A DNA stretch of 64,000 nucleotides from Adineta vaga (lineage: Eukaryota > Animalia > Rotifera): positions 14,942,001 through 15,006,000 of the forward strand of contig CP075492.1 in assembly GCA_021613535.1 (NCBI GenBank), written 5' to 3'. The notes under the pieces are model-generated. The model was not told where the DNA came from. It searched no databases and was given only the letters and a program-made list of their open reading frames with translations. The position numbers and the translations under genes are program-made. Shown here in pieces: positions 50,070 through 63,147 of this stretch. The first letter of the stretch is position 1; every line of letters begins with the position of its first letter.

Positions 50070-50998
50070 GATCTTGAATTTCTTTTTATAAACTAGAAAG
50101 AAAATTCTAATTCGACAAAATTGAGACATTTATTACGATGAAAATTTCGGAAACTATAAGCTTATTCGTAACGTAAGTTTTTCGTACTACATTTCATCGT
50201 TATAGATAAATCACTTATACTATCTTGATCGCTTACATCGACAACTTTTGAATTAAAACAAAAACGTAAGTAAGGTGCATTACATGAGTTGCATTGTGTC
50301 ACTACCATAAGATGGTTTCTTTCCTATTTTATCTACGCATACAAAGTAGAAACAAATAGCGATGCAGTGACAGTCAAATTCGTTCAAAAATTCCGATCAT
50401 TCGACTTTCTCAATCATATCTAGATTGAAAATAGTGCATACCTACCTGTTGAGGATCAAAAGAAATGGAATGAGAATTGATGTGTTCGACAGAACAGAAG
50501 AAAAAAACCTGCTTGGAAAAGAACAAACAGAAAACTACTTCGAGAAAATGATGTAAAAAGGGAAAGAAAACTACTCGAAGAAGGAAAAGAGAAAAATATT
50601 ATTTCAAAGAGAATAAACAAAACTCGTTTCAGTCAAAAACAGAATAAAACTATAGATGTATACACTTCTTCCCAGCAACATATGAAGAACGAAAGAAAAA
50701 GAAAAACTGTTCTTCTAGAAAATGCTCTCTGTCAAATATAATAGAGAAAAAGAGAGGAGAATAATGTAGGTGCTTACAATTGGCTAAGAAAGTGTGTCAA
50801 AGGATATTAAATGAATACAATATTCATAATGTCGGTAGAAATATTCTAAAAGCATTGGGAAAGTAAAAAGAAAATAACCGGCTTGAATAGAACGATATTA
50901 TATACTATATCAGTAATAATTTTAATAAATTCACAAATGACATAAGAAAAAGAGTAATTAAAATTTGTTGTAATTGTACTTGTATGTTATATTTTGTT

Positions 50999-51613
50999 TT
51001 ATTTTTCCATATAACTTGACACAGGTTCTTTTGTCAATACTGTACCATTGACAATCAGTCTTGGTCCAGATTTAACTTCATAATCCAATCTACCATGTAG
51101 AGAACAACAAACACAACAGCAAAATTCGAAGCTATCATCGTCAAAACGAGCTGCACAATTCTTGTATCTGGTTCGACATCCACCCCACTAAATTAATATT
51201 ATACATTAATCAAACGAAGAGTTCTGTGATTAGATAGTTCTCTTTCGATTCATGTAATATCGAGTGCTATAGGTCTTATACTCGCATGTCACGTCTGCTA
51301 ACAGTGACATCTGAACGACAATCTAGCGTTGTGTGATTCATTACTTTATTTTCTGGTTTAAATTTCTTTTTTTTTCTTCTTCATTCTTTATTTTCAATTG
51401 TGTGAGTGTCAAAAATACAATCACTATTTAGTTATTTTTTTACCAATCAAATTAAGTAGTTGTTAACAAGATGGTTGAAAACAAAACAATACATACTTGT
51501 TTGAGATAATAAATGAGTCCATTCGGATAAATAGTCAAACTTTCATTGGATTTGTTAGTCCATACTCCAACAAATTTTTCAGAAGGTTCTGTACCAGAAC
51601 AAACGGTGCCCAT
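50999..51613 (-). CDS. Small (~100 aa) putatively lipid-anchored Cys-rich protein, 2 coding exons
   Basis: MGTVCS N-myristoylation-type start; spliced to WGGCRTRYKNC...FCCCVCCSLHG...YMEK*. Confidence 0.6.
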
Positions 51614-52774
51614 TGAAATAGTGTGCTTGTTAGTTTCTATCACAAAAATAATGAAGAAGAATGAAATGACGTATAGTCAATATTTTTTTATATATTTTAA
51701 TCACGATGACGTCGGAGTGTTACTATGACAGAATGAAGAACAATTTATCTCGTCAGTGCGTTTTTGCTTATAGAGAACACTGTAACTGTGTTATTAGAAT
51801 GTGTCATACAGTTATAGCTTTAATGAGATCAATCACACAGATATTTCATTGATTGATTTTCTTGAACAGTTGCTTTTTTTAAAAAAGAGTGAGGATGAGT
51901 GTGATCTACGTCTATAATTCATATTCGCATCTATATCCACAACCATACGAAAAAGAGAGAAAAAGCAACTCGAAATCTATGAATTAAAGTTCAACATAAT
52001 TGTATATTCGTGAAAAATTAGTATTTAATTTATTCTATATTACTTAGGGAAATCCAAAAGTAAGTATCATCAAGATTTTCTTATTTGTTGATATAGGAAG
52101 TAAAGAAAAAAAGCTTACTATTCTTCTAAAATATTTAATGATATATCTTGATGTTTAACACAAATGTTGAGAAAAATCGTACGAATAACCAGGTTGAAAG
52201 ACGTTCCATGTATGTCAATATTTTATAGAAACAATATAAGCGGTACAGTAATGCTATGTACAGCATTCATAGTTTTATACGAACATATGTCGTCGTATCA
52301 CGGATATAAATTATCGATTTTGATGAGAATAATTCTATTGTATTATCGATGACAGTCGAAACTATCAAAAGGAAAATAGTAAAGTTAAATGTGATTAGCA
52401 CTTTCAAATAGGAAGGAAAAGTCTTTTTTTTTTCATTTCTTTTCTTTATCTGCATTGTCATTCTGCCTTTTAACCATCATATGTGTTGACGAAGAAAAGG
52501 AGAAGAGAAAAAAGAAATATGGTTTACATGTAAATAAAATAGTGTAACAAAAAAACAGTATGGTTATCGAAACGTTAGTAAAACAAAGAATTTCAGTGTC
52601 ATGGCACACTTTCCTCTAATCATAACGACAGGAAATACTAAGAAAAATATTATAGAAAAAGTAATGTTGAGTTAGCAACGGCATAGGAAAAGAAGAAGAA
52701 CTTACTTCACAAATGTATTTCATCACGATAAAACATTTAGTTGGTAAAGCGTACAGCATATTCTGCTGGCTGCA

Positions 52775-53987
52775 ATGATTTCCAACACTGCAGTGAGAAG
52801 AATTTTCAATACCCGTGATGAGCATATAACCGATAGAACTTCGTCTTTTTATGAACTTGAACCGTTTGATTCTTTTGTACAAGCATTACGATGGAAACAG
52901 ATCAAAGTGCGCGTACCTTTATGTATGAAAAAGACGCTAAGCAATCGATTTATGTTACCGAATATGATCTATGTAGGCTATGCAGCTACTCTTCTATTCA
53001 TTGATTTTAATGAAAATCTCAATGCATTATTTAACAACAACTCTACGTCGAATATCACTACAACACGAAAATTAATTCTTGAACAACCAGTACAAAACAA
53101 TCCATATCTAAATAGACTTTATATAGGTTATTGTTGTCTTGAAGATGAAATAGATTTGAAATGAGAATATCTTTTATTCTAGTTTTGGCTATTGTTAATA
53201 TACTTATGGGTTTTCTCTTTTGTTGGGCTTGGCGTGATCGATCCATATTTGATATTGTAATGATACCGGAATATTTGAATCTGATTCAAGCAGGACTTTA
53301 TTTGTGGTCCGCCTGTTGGTATTCAAAGCAAGATACACTAGGTGGTTATTATACAATGTTTGTACATAAAATTGAACTTGCTGCATCTATTATTGGATTG
53401 TTTGCTGCAATAGGATGGTAAGTAGAAAACTTGTTTTCCGAAAGAATAAGTATCTTAGCTATGTTTTTCTATGCTAAATATTGATTATTGATAATGCCAC
53501 ATTTTATTCTAGGATTGTAGCATGGTTCATGACTTATACACGTATATTCGGACGAGGTTATACATTGGATGATCCAGATACGATTTCCAGTCTGGCGATG
53601 GTTGCTAATGCAATTATCTATCTTATTTATAACATACAATTGATGATTTCGCCAGAATACTATGAAACTAATATATTATACAAATATGGAGATATTTGTG
53701 ATTTTGTTGAAGCATGTTTTTGTGTATTTGCTTGTTTACGAGATGATGATTGGTTTTGGTTTCTTCCAATAGCTGGTCAATATGGTATTGCATTAGGACG
53801 AGTACAAGTAGAGGCAAAAACTTTCCCACTATTTGGTAAAACTCCAATACTTCTAACAAATATGTGTCGAAAGCAAAGCAAAACAAAACGAAATCAGAGA
53901 TTCGAAATAATAAAAAGCCGCAATGATGTTCTCACTGTGCCAATATTCGCATCGTCTGACAAATGCTTTAATACAACATCAGTCTAA
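52775..53987 (+). CDS. Multi-pass membrane protein of unknown function, 3 exons
   Basis: ORFs 52775, 53161 and 53481 join via GT-AG introns (~53127-53181, ~53418-53512); about 6 hydrophobic helices. Confidence 0.7.
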
Positions 53988-54141
53988 TCGCTATGTTTCT
54001 TTTTATTAAATAATAATTTGAATAAATTTATCACAAAATACTTATCTTTCATTCTTTATGTATTGTTTATTAGATAGAGAGTTTGAATAAGAATGATTTC
54101 TATATGTCAATTACCCTCGTCACTTATCCTCAACTTCAATG

Positions 54142-56031
54142 TTACAGTGGAGCTTTGATCGATGAAGTTATGTCCAATTCGACGAATTCGCACCAAACAT
54201 CTTCGCGCCCATTGTATTGTGGAAACTTGATAGTGAAAACCAAGTTTGTTATAACTCTATTCAGAGGAATTTGTACAGAATAGAAATTGTCGTTTGAAAA
54301 TGGTACATTTCGTCGAATTTCATGTCTGCTATCATGCTTTCTAAATGGATAGTCGAACTGGCGTAATAATATAGTAACATCCTTTCCACATCGAGCGCGG
54401 ATGCGTGCGAGAGCTCGACTCGCTTTTATTAGCTCATTATAGTAGAATCCAGGTTCTATTTCTTGGCTCATATTAGCGTATAGAAAAAAAGATTCGACTA
54501 CGTCACTGTATCGTTTAGCTGGAACGAAACGACATATACTAGTATTTCTGAATTGACTAATAATAATTGCATCAGGGGAGGAGACTTTTGTCCATCCATA
54601 AGTAATGGACCTGTTACAATCCGCATGACCATTGATTAGAAATGATCTAGTAATACGGTTGTAAATCGTTCCATTTGGCATAATAGTATTCTGAAATACT
54701 AGAGGCTTTTCCCATATACATCCATGTACCGCACAATGGACATTGTAAAAGTTTGCATATGTTAAATTCGTATACGTTAGAAAAATATAATACAGCCGTG
54801 CATTCATAAATGAAGCATTGATGAGTGTACTTCCTGTAAATTCCATTCTTGAAAGCGACGAAAATGAGAAATCCACATTCGTCATATTACAATAATGAAA
54901 ATTAACATATTCAAGTTTAACATTTTTGAACGATGTATTAACGAGATTAACATCAGTAAATTGAGTGTGGACTCCGAATTGATTGGAAAATCGAACACGA
55001 GTAAAATTAATTCCAGCAAGATTAGTTCTTCTAAATTTCATTGTATGTTCAATTGGCATTTCATCTACGAGTGCTCCTACTAAATTAGTTTCAATAAATG
55101 AAGAACTTGTCAAATTTGAATAAGAAAAATCAACATTGACAAGGTAAGCAGCATCAAAATTTGCATTCATTACTTTAGCTGCACGAAAACTAGCTTCGTA
55201 TAAATATGTATGATGAAAACTTGCTCCAGCACAATTAACTCCAACAAAAGTCGATTGATTTAAATTTGAATAGGCAAAATTAATATTTTGACAAGTAGCT
55301 CTATCGAAACGACCTTCATTGATTTGTGCACATGACAAATCTGCATGGCTCAAATCTTGACCAATGAATGAAGCATTATTCAGATATGTACCAGCTAAGG
55401 AAATGTTGAGTAACATTGGATGACCTTGAAGATCTATGTTATTCAAATCAGCACCAATTAAACTGATTGGGTCTCGATTGGCATATAGCTGACCAGAGAC
55501 ATACAAAAATGCGATGAGTTGTCGTTTTCGTGCAACATCAATTTGACGAATAACATGCAGAGTTTTAGATTGAATAAGAACGGCCATTTTCGGATCACTT
55601 GATAAGGAAGAACCATTTGATTCACGTAACAAAAAAGAACCCATTTCAGTAAGATAATTAGCAAATAATGTATCCTGTCGATTTTCTGATTGAATTTGTA
55701 ATTCATGTAAACGTTGTTCATGATTTAATGCTCTCGTCTTTGCTGCTAATTCACGTTCAAGTTCACGTTGCTCAATAGAAATATTCCATTCTTGCATACG
55801 CTGAAGACGTGCTGATTCTTGATCTTCTAGACGTTGTTCTCTTGATATAGACAAATCTTGTTGACGTTGTGAACGAGCCTCATCTCGTTGAGAAAATGTT
55901 ATAATAACAGTAAATATTGCAAGAAGAAATGGAACAAAAAGAGATCCAATTATTTTAAGAATCACATTTAGAGATATTTTACATCGAGACCAGTATGATG
56001 TAAAAGAACGAGAAGAAGAAGTATCATTCAT
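54142..56031 (-). CDS. Pentapeptide-repeat protein with N-terminal TM helix and coiled coil, intronless
   Basis: A[D/N]L/Fxx repeats (GADLNNIDL, HADLSCAQI, NANFDAAYL...), TM 'IIGSLFVPFLLAIFTVII', Q/R/E coil; start may be 56031 or 56121. Confidence 0.9.
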   Translation of the reverse strand: MNDTSSSRSFTSYWSRCKISLNVILKIIGSLFVPFLLAIFTVIITFSQRDEARSQRQQDLSISREQRLEDQESARLQRMQEWNISIEQRELERELAAKTRALNHEQRLHELQIQSENRQDTLFANYLTEMGSFLLRESNGSSLSSDPKMAVLIQSKTLHVIRQIDVARKRQLIAFLYVSGQLYANRDPISLIGADLNNIDLQGHPMLLNISLAGTYLNNASFIGQDLSHADLSCAQINEGRFDRATCQNINFAYSNLNQSTFVGVNCAGASFHHTYLYEASFRAAKVMNANFDAAYLVNVDFSYSNLTSSSFIETNLVGALVDEMPIEHTMKFRRTNLAGINFTRVRFSNQFGVHTQFTDVNLVNTSFKNVKLEYVNFHYCNMTNVDFSFSSLSRMEFTGSTLINASFMNARLYYIFLTYTNLTYANFYNVHCAVHGCIWEKPLVFQNTIMPNGTIYNRITRSFLINGHADCNRSITYGWTKVSSPDAIIISQFRNTSICRFVPAKRYSDVVESFFLYANMSQEIEPGFYYNELIKASRALARIRARCGKDVTILLRQFDYPFRKHDSRHEIRRNVPFSNDNFYSVQIPLNRVITNLVFTIKFPQYNGREDVWCEFVELDITSSIKAPL

Positions 56032-57303
56032 TATTGAAAGAAAGTAATATAAATCTTGATAGTCATGTCGATTTATATCAGCAACTTGTTCGTATAAAAA
56101 CAGAGACAGATGTTTTATCATTCAAAACTGGTATTTATTACGGCGCGTACTTGTTAGTAAAAGTATGCACAATTCAAGCTGTCAATTTTCAGATATTAAT
56201 TTGAGATTGGGAATCTGATGTGAAGTCGGTTTATTGGATAATTATATTTAATAGGGAATACTAGATTTTTATTGATTCACTCAGTGAAACTCAATTTTAT
56301 GCATTTTAACCCATTGATATTGATTACTTATGAGATAAATAAAAAAGTTATCACACATTGTATAGATAATTGTAATCTATGTTTCAGATACGAAAGTCTC
56401 TAGTTTGATCAAATAGATAGTGATACTTCAGTTAGTTTTTGCGATATAAATACAATTTATTTATTACTTCATATCGTCACATTTAAAATAAGATTCCTCA
56501 ATTATACAAATAAAAGATATTTTCTGTAATCCGTAAGATGTGCCATTAGTCAGTTTCTTATCGTTCTCCATAGCCTAAATGGGAGATAGATAGGATAAAT
56601 CTCATGTTTTTTTTCATTTAGAAAACATGCTAACGATCATTGATGCAATTGGTCTGACTTTCAATATTCTTTTATCATTTCTGTTGACTATACTCATATG
56701 ACTTGCTATCTTACCATCAAAATATTTCGTATGAATGGAATTAACAAACGCCAACATGTATGCTAGTTTTATTTAATTTTGACATATTAAGATATAATCC
56801 CTTCATCCATCATTGTTCGTGCTTCTTTTTGATTTTTTAACAGTAGAGAATCTTTATCAGCAACGTGGAATAGCTCACTGTTGATCAGTGGAACAAACAG
56901 TCTTATGGGTATATTTTCAGCACATTCATTACCTTGAATCTAAAGTATCCTTCTTTTGACAACTTAATCCATTTTTCTGTTAGCTTTCTCACCATCGATC
57001 GAAACTATAATAAACTTCACAAATAGATTCAAGTTCATTGTAGATGCTGCACATATGCTGTTTAACATAATTATAACAATTTAAATTTATGTAATTTCAT
57101 TCAATATGAAAGTTTGTCAGAAACACATCTTTTGAAAGTCTTCAGAAGAGTACTTATCTCATTGTCAGGTTCATAAGATGATTATTTTGGAAAGAAGAAC
57201 ATTAGAGAAATTACTTCTAGCATCCATCAATGTTTTCTACTTCTACGTATTAGTAGTCAGTAAATTCACTTAGCACTATTTCAAATAAAAAGATCTTCAT
57301 ATA

Positions 57304-58304
57304 ATGGCTGACAAAACTGGAATTATTCTTAATTTATTTACACTTGGTTTTGGTATATTGACATGTTTGATCACAATAATGATTTTAATTCCTATTTCTT
57401 ATCATTTCTGGCATAAACGCATGAAACTAGCAGAGAGAATAACTTTCATTCAAAGCATCAATATCTATCTCATATTATTGATATTTACAGCAATAATCGT
57501 TTCGTTTAATACTCAAACATTTTTAGGTGATTTTTATCAATTCAATTTTGATTCATCATCATGTATAATGTCAGGATATTTCTCATTGATTTTTATCAAT
57601 GCTTTATACTATAGCTTTGTTAATCAAGTAATTATTTATATGAAAATCGTATGAATATCTTTTTTGCCTACTCTCTTTTCTAGGCTTTCTTTCGTTTTTG
57701 TCGAATTGTTTATTCGACTCATCGATGGCTACAATTCAGTTGGATATATATAATAATTCCGTTGTTACAATTGATTTTAATTGCTATTGTTTACTGTCCA
57801 TATTTTATCTGGCATGCTGTGATTTATTTGAGAAAAGAGTATTATTGTTTCATTGATTATGCAAGTATTCGTAGTGTGATTTGGTTGATACTTAATATCT
57901 ATGGAATTCCTTTATGTCTTTTAATGATGATCTATTTACGAATTGTCTTATTTCTTCGTCGACAACCAATTAATTCAACATGGATGATTAAACAACGGCA
58001 ACAACGCGATTTAATTGTCATTCGACGTATTTTTGTTATCATTAGTTTATTGGTCATTCTTGGAATACCAACTATAGTTCTTCTGTTGATGTTATATATT
58101 ACTGGTGAAATACATCCGCTTTTCCATCGATATGCTTGGTTCTTTGTTAATATATCAATGATGGGATTGACTATGATAATGGTTGTTCTTACACCACAAT
58201 TGAAGAATGTTGTTTTTAAAAAATTTCATCAAAATCAAGTAGTGCCCATAAACGAGTCATTAACAAATGCTAATCCAGTGCGTCAGATTATATCAACTTT
58301 CTGA
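57304..58304 (+). CDS. Class A-like 7TM GPCR, 2 exons
   Basis: Seven hydrophobic segments; intron ~57628-57683 (NQ|AFFRFCRIV). Confidence 0.85.
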
Positions 58305-59497
58305 AAAATTATTTTACTCCAATTAGTTTATCCTGATTCAGCTCACACTGACTGTTCTGCACAGATTTACATTATAGATGAAAGTCATTATTAGAAAATA
58401 TCGACTCGTCGAATTCATATAATGCTTTTCTTTTGATGTTGTAACAAGAAATTTAATGCAATAAAATTAAAATTGAAAACTTGATACAAGATTATTGAAG
58501 TCAGTGAAGAGAATTGTCATTAGAAATCTTCATCAAGCACGGTATAACATAATCACCTGTATATATATATATATATTACAAGTTATGTTGGTAGTTAGCT
58601 TGAATGAAAACATAAAGAATGAACTGTTTTGCGATTTAGTTGTCATGTTTCGTTTATTTAAGAAAGTATGAAGTAAAAGAGTGAATGTTTCCATATGAAA
58701 TCATATAGAAAAAGAAAGAGTATAACATTTTATCACTATCTGATTGATAGCGTTACTTCATACGTGTGAAATAGCGGTTTTTTCGATCGAACAAAAATTA
58801 GTTACTTTTCAAAAGTAACTATGAAGGACCATCTCTAATCCTGATCAAGCTTATCTACGTTGAAACTAGGTGTGGGGTAGGTGTCGGTGTCGGTTCAATA
58901 TTTTTTGCAGAATTTACACCGTCAGCTACATTTAGCATCACATACACCTGCACTTGTCGAAAGATTGAGATTATTATTTTCCATTTATTGACAATATCGA
59001 CACAATTCTCATGCCAATTTCGTTCTTCTCTTGTACTTTGGAGTCAACAGCAATATTACCTACGTTTACACTAGTCCTTTTTACAATACTATCTTTTGTC
59101 AGATCTGGAATGATAGCTATTCCAATTATTGTAGATGTCGTTCGTACACTTGTTCTTCTATCTTTCATTATTTACGGATTTTGCCAACTAATTAAAGAGT
59201 GGTTTACCAACACCAAGTGTATATATACAGCCTATTAGTGCGTCATCATTACCACCAATTCTTAACATACCGGATGCGCTCGCACCATCATATGAAGTTG
59301 CAATTGATAATCATCAATCAGAAGTCTCGCTACCTTCATAAGAGAAAGCCGTTAGTAATCTAGTGATGGATTTCAACTGTATATTCTCTTTTCAGTGTTT
59401 CAAAATATCATGTTTGATTGTGCTCTTTTGGTATGACTATAAGACGTCTAATAATGATAATAGGAATACAAAAAAAAAATACTGAAAGCCACTGTCA

Positions 59498-61323
59498 CTA
59501 TTTCTTTTGACTTTTTTCTGTTAAAGTGAACTTTGAAGACTTTGTTATAGATGAAGTTCTAGCCACTACTTTTTTTGGTGATTGATCTCTCACTGTGATC
59601 TTCGTTGTCTTAGTCGGTGAAATGCTCCTTCGTTGCACAGTTTGAGGAGCAGGTTTAGAAACAGAAGATATTTTCTGAGTTAATGCTGTTACTATATTTG
59701 AGCATACCGTTTGCGTCGAACTAGATTTTCGTTCTTTAGCGAGTAATTTTTTGAAATCATTCTATAACAATTATATGAGATGATCGTAGAACACATCCCT
59801 CTTGCTAATAACTCACCTCCCAGCCAAGTAACTTTGCCAGTTCCATCACACCATCATCACATGCACTTGGATGAAAGATATCTCGACGGTTTTTTGGTGA
59901 GTCAAATCTCAATATAGCTTCACCCTAAATCAATTGATAAATAAGAAACATATATACATATTCATTGCTTACTGATAACCAAAATGAAGGTATATTGCCA
60001 ACTGGTTCTTTATTAATCAACAGTCGAGGACAGTTCAGACTAACACTACAATTAAGTAATACCATGCATGGATATTTAACAATGCGGCGATAGAAATGAA
60101 AATCATACCGTGAAGTAAGACTGTTGAAAGGTACTACTGCTAATGAAGTACCGATAATAATCAGAAAATCACATTTAGCAAAATCCTATTTATCGCATTA
60201 TAGAAAATTCAGTGAGAAGAGATGGAGAAATCTTCAATACCTTTTCGACATATTCAAAATATCGTTGAGGAAGACTTTCACTAAAAAAGACAACATCTAA
60301 ATGAAATTAATAATATCAAAGTTAGCTGGAAAAAATCATCATCAAAGAAACTTACCTGGTTTTATCAGACCTTTGCATGTGTCACAATATGGAATTTCAT
60401 CCTTAAAAATAATATCTACATAAAACAAAAAGATATTGAGCTACATTTACAAGAGAAATAACACACCTTTTACATAATCTAAAGAAAATTCTTTCCGACA
60501 ATCTAAACAATGTGCAGTAGAAAATGTTCCATGAGCTTCAATAATCTTCTCTTCTGGTATACCAGCAATCCGTTCCAATGAATCAATATTCTACAGAGTT
60601 AAAATATGATTGATTCTTCGGATCCATTGACAAAAAAACCGCAATACGAAACAAACCTGTGTGAATGAACGTAGTAGTTTACCCTTTTCATTCAAAAGTC
60701 GAATGAAGTAATGAGTCGGTGTTGGCTAAATCAAAAGGTTTTATAAGAAATTTTCTGAATACTATTTCGACTTACAGTAAAATTTTTTGGATAGAGTTCT
60801 TTGGATAAAAGAAAGAATGGTTTGGGATTTTCCTACAACAATATACAGTCATCAGTAGAATTGCATTCATTTGTACATACACGAAAATAGGTTATATCAA
60901 AGATCGATTCGGGTTGTGGTAAATTATACTGTTCCAGTTTGGAATACAGTCCAGTACCAGGTGTACGAAAATCAGGTATACCAGCACTAGTTGATATACC
61001 AGCACCAGACATAACAACTATATTGGAACATTTTGACATGTATTCAGCTGCACTAGCTAAATCAAATGATTTAAAGAGACGTGGCCCTTCTGGCTCCTCA
61101 ACTGCCGTTGGCAATAGAGTATCGATTAAGCTAGGAAATCGTTCTATCACTACAAGAGACAATATCATTGGACATGTGTTTCTATTGATGATGATTAACA
61201 AACTTTGGTCAACCACTGCCCATTGATCAGTCTCTTCATTTGTATTTTTTTCGTCTGTCTTTGATTCTATAACTCAATCATAATATGTTATCAATCGTCC
61301 ATCAATAACCTACCAGTTGCCAT
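59498..61323 (-). CDS. SIRT2: NAD-dependent deacetylase sirtuin, class Ib (SIRT2-like), multi-exon
   Basis: [29 protein letters not shown], zinc-binding Cys pairs, [29 protein letters not shown]. Confidence 0.9.
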
Positions 61324-61511
61324 CTTCTTGAACAGTTTCTTTTTGTTAAGCAAAGATGTACGAAAATTTAATTGAATTACTGCGTTGTTATGTTGGCATT
61401 ATTTTCTCTCTTTCTCTCGACTGTAACTTTGATGATTCATTCTTTTCAAGCATAATCAAAATTTCGTAGGAAGAAAAAGAACGGAAAAAAACCTACATCG
61501 TCATCTGATTC

Positions 61512-61519
61512 TGACGTCA
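61512..61519. promoter_or_regulatory. CRE palindrome TGACGTCA in the divergent promoter between SIRT2-like and DWNN genes
   Basis: Perfect 8-bp CRE near the middle of a ~430-bp head-to-head intergenic region. Confidence 0.4.
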
Positions 61520-61755
61520 TGTGTTAATGATATTGTGAAAGAGATATGAGTCATTGGGAAACTTCTTCTTATATTATCACAACCACTTCTTTATATATAT
61601 ATACCATTTCATACTATATCGACGTGTTTTTTGACTGTATTTCGAAATCTGTTGTATTGTGTTTTGCGTATCACTTGTTGTTGATTTTTCTTATTTCAAA
61701 ATAAAATTTGAACTCATCTGTGCTACTTTCTATTTATCTTGTTCAATCTGCAAAG

Positions 61756-62389
61756 ATGTCCTATATTCGGTATCGATACAAATCTGAGAAAGACTTCAGA
61801 CTTTTTCCATGTGATAAATTAGGTTGCTTGGTAGGTAGTTTTCAAAAATTTCTAATGAGAAAATCAATCAAATCAGCAGCGCGTCGGTTACAAGACGAAG
61901 CTGTTTATATTATTAAAGATGTTTCGACTAATGAAGGTAAGCAATTCTTATTATTTTCTCTTCATATTCACTCTTGTTTTCTTTCTAGAATACCAATATC
62001 ATATGGATTGGATGCCAAGCAAAAGAAGTGTCATTGTAATGAGACAACCAGCTAAGACATACCCGCCGTTAACTCCTGAAACAGTCTATCAAGACCGAAG
62101 TGCCACATTTGGTAGTCTAATCAATGGGTGAGTAAAAATGCGTTTTCACGTGAAGTAAAGAATTGCTATTGTACTTTTTTATCAATATTTTAGATCGGAT
62201 TTGCAATCGACGACAACGATCAACACGGCATTAGCGATGCTGTATCAAATGAAAAAAATACCGGTCGATCACTACATCATCGCCCTCAATCGGTTAAAAG
62301 TGCCACAGCGAACGTATATGAGCCAACAACCGATACGCTTCCGTTTACTTCCATTTCATCTGCTAAATCATTTCGTTCTTGTTTTGTAA
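61756..62389 (+). CDS. DWNN (RBBP6 N-terminal ubiquitin-like) domain protein, 3 exons
   Basis: MSYIRYRYKSEKDF...IKDVSTNEEY...MPSKRSVIVMRQP matches the DWNN pattern; 3' end uncertain. Confidence 0.65.
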
Positions 62390-63147
62390 ATAATAAAGAT
62401 TCTGAATTATTATTTAATAAATATCAGACTAATATTGATACTCATCAGATGATGTCTATCAGTCCTTCCTCTAGTTTTTTACATTTTAATAAATCTTCTC
62501 AACGATTACCACGCAAATTTGCTCATGACCATGATAGAAAATTCAGTTCCATTCAATCCGTGCGCCGTTTTTCACCGTATCAATTGCCAAACAATCGAAT
62601 TATTCAGCGATCGCCATTCAAATAAACAATCAATATCTCACAAGACGTTTCTAGAACATTTTTGATTTTTAGTTGATATTGTAAATAAAATATTTGTTAG
62701 TTTTAAATAGATTTTCCTTTTTTTTTGAAACAACAATCTGAAAAAATTCATACTTTCTAATCAAGAAGTAAAATTCGACGGTGTAAATCGCACCCTCATA
62801 TGAAATAAATATGAACTGTTTTAACGTCTTTTTCTTTGATAAACCTTGAAAAATCGTTTGATTTGCGTTCATTTTTTTATTACTTGTGATCAAACAGCGA
62901 AAGACAGAGAGAGAGAGAGAGAAACAAATACTTTCAAATATTAAAAATAGAAATTATTCTTTTCAAAAATAACTGAAGTTGATAATTGCTGCATGTTTGA
63001 ATTTAGTTTTCTTCAGAATAAAATCGTCTTACACGCGGCATTTTGCACATGATTTATTTACATTAAAATATATAAGAATAGATTTCATTTTACTCACTGC
63101 CATTCAATTTTCGGAGCGCATCAGACGTAAAATTCTTTAGAAGCAAC

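Noticed and set aside
53058-53246. Apparent frameshift between ORFs 52775 and 53161
   Set aside because: Resolved by a ~55-nt GT-AG intron
58970-59400. Small TM + PSY-motif gene
   Set aside because: Fragments are in different frames with an internal stop; no supportable model
62905-62925. (GA)n microsatellite, and (TA)n at ~58560
   Set aside because: Ordinary simple repeats
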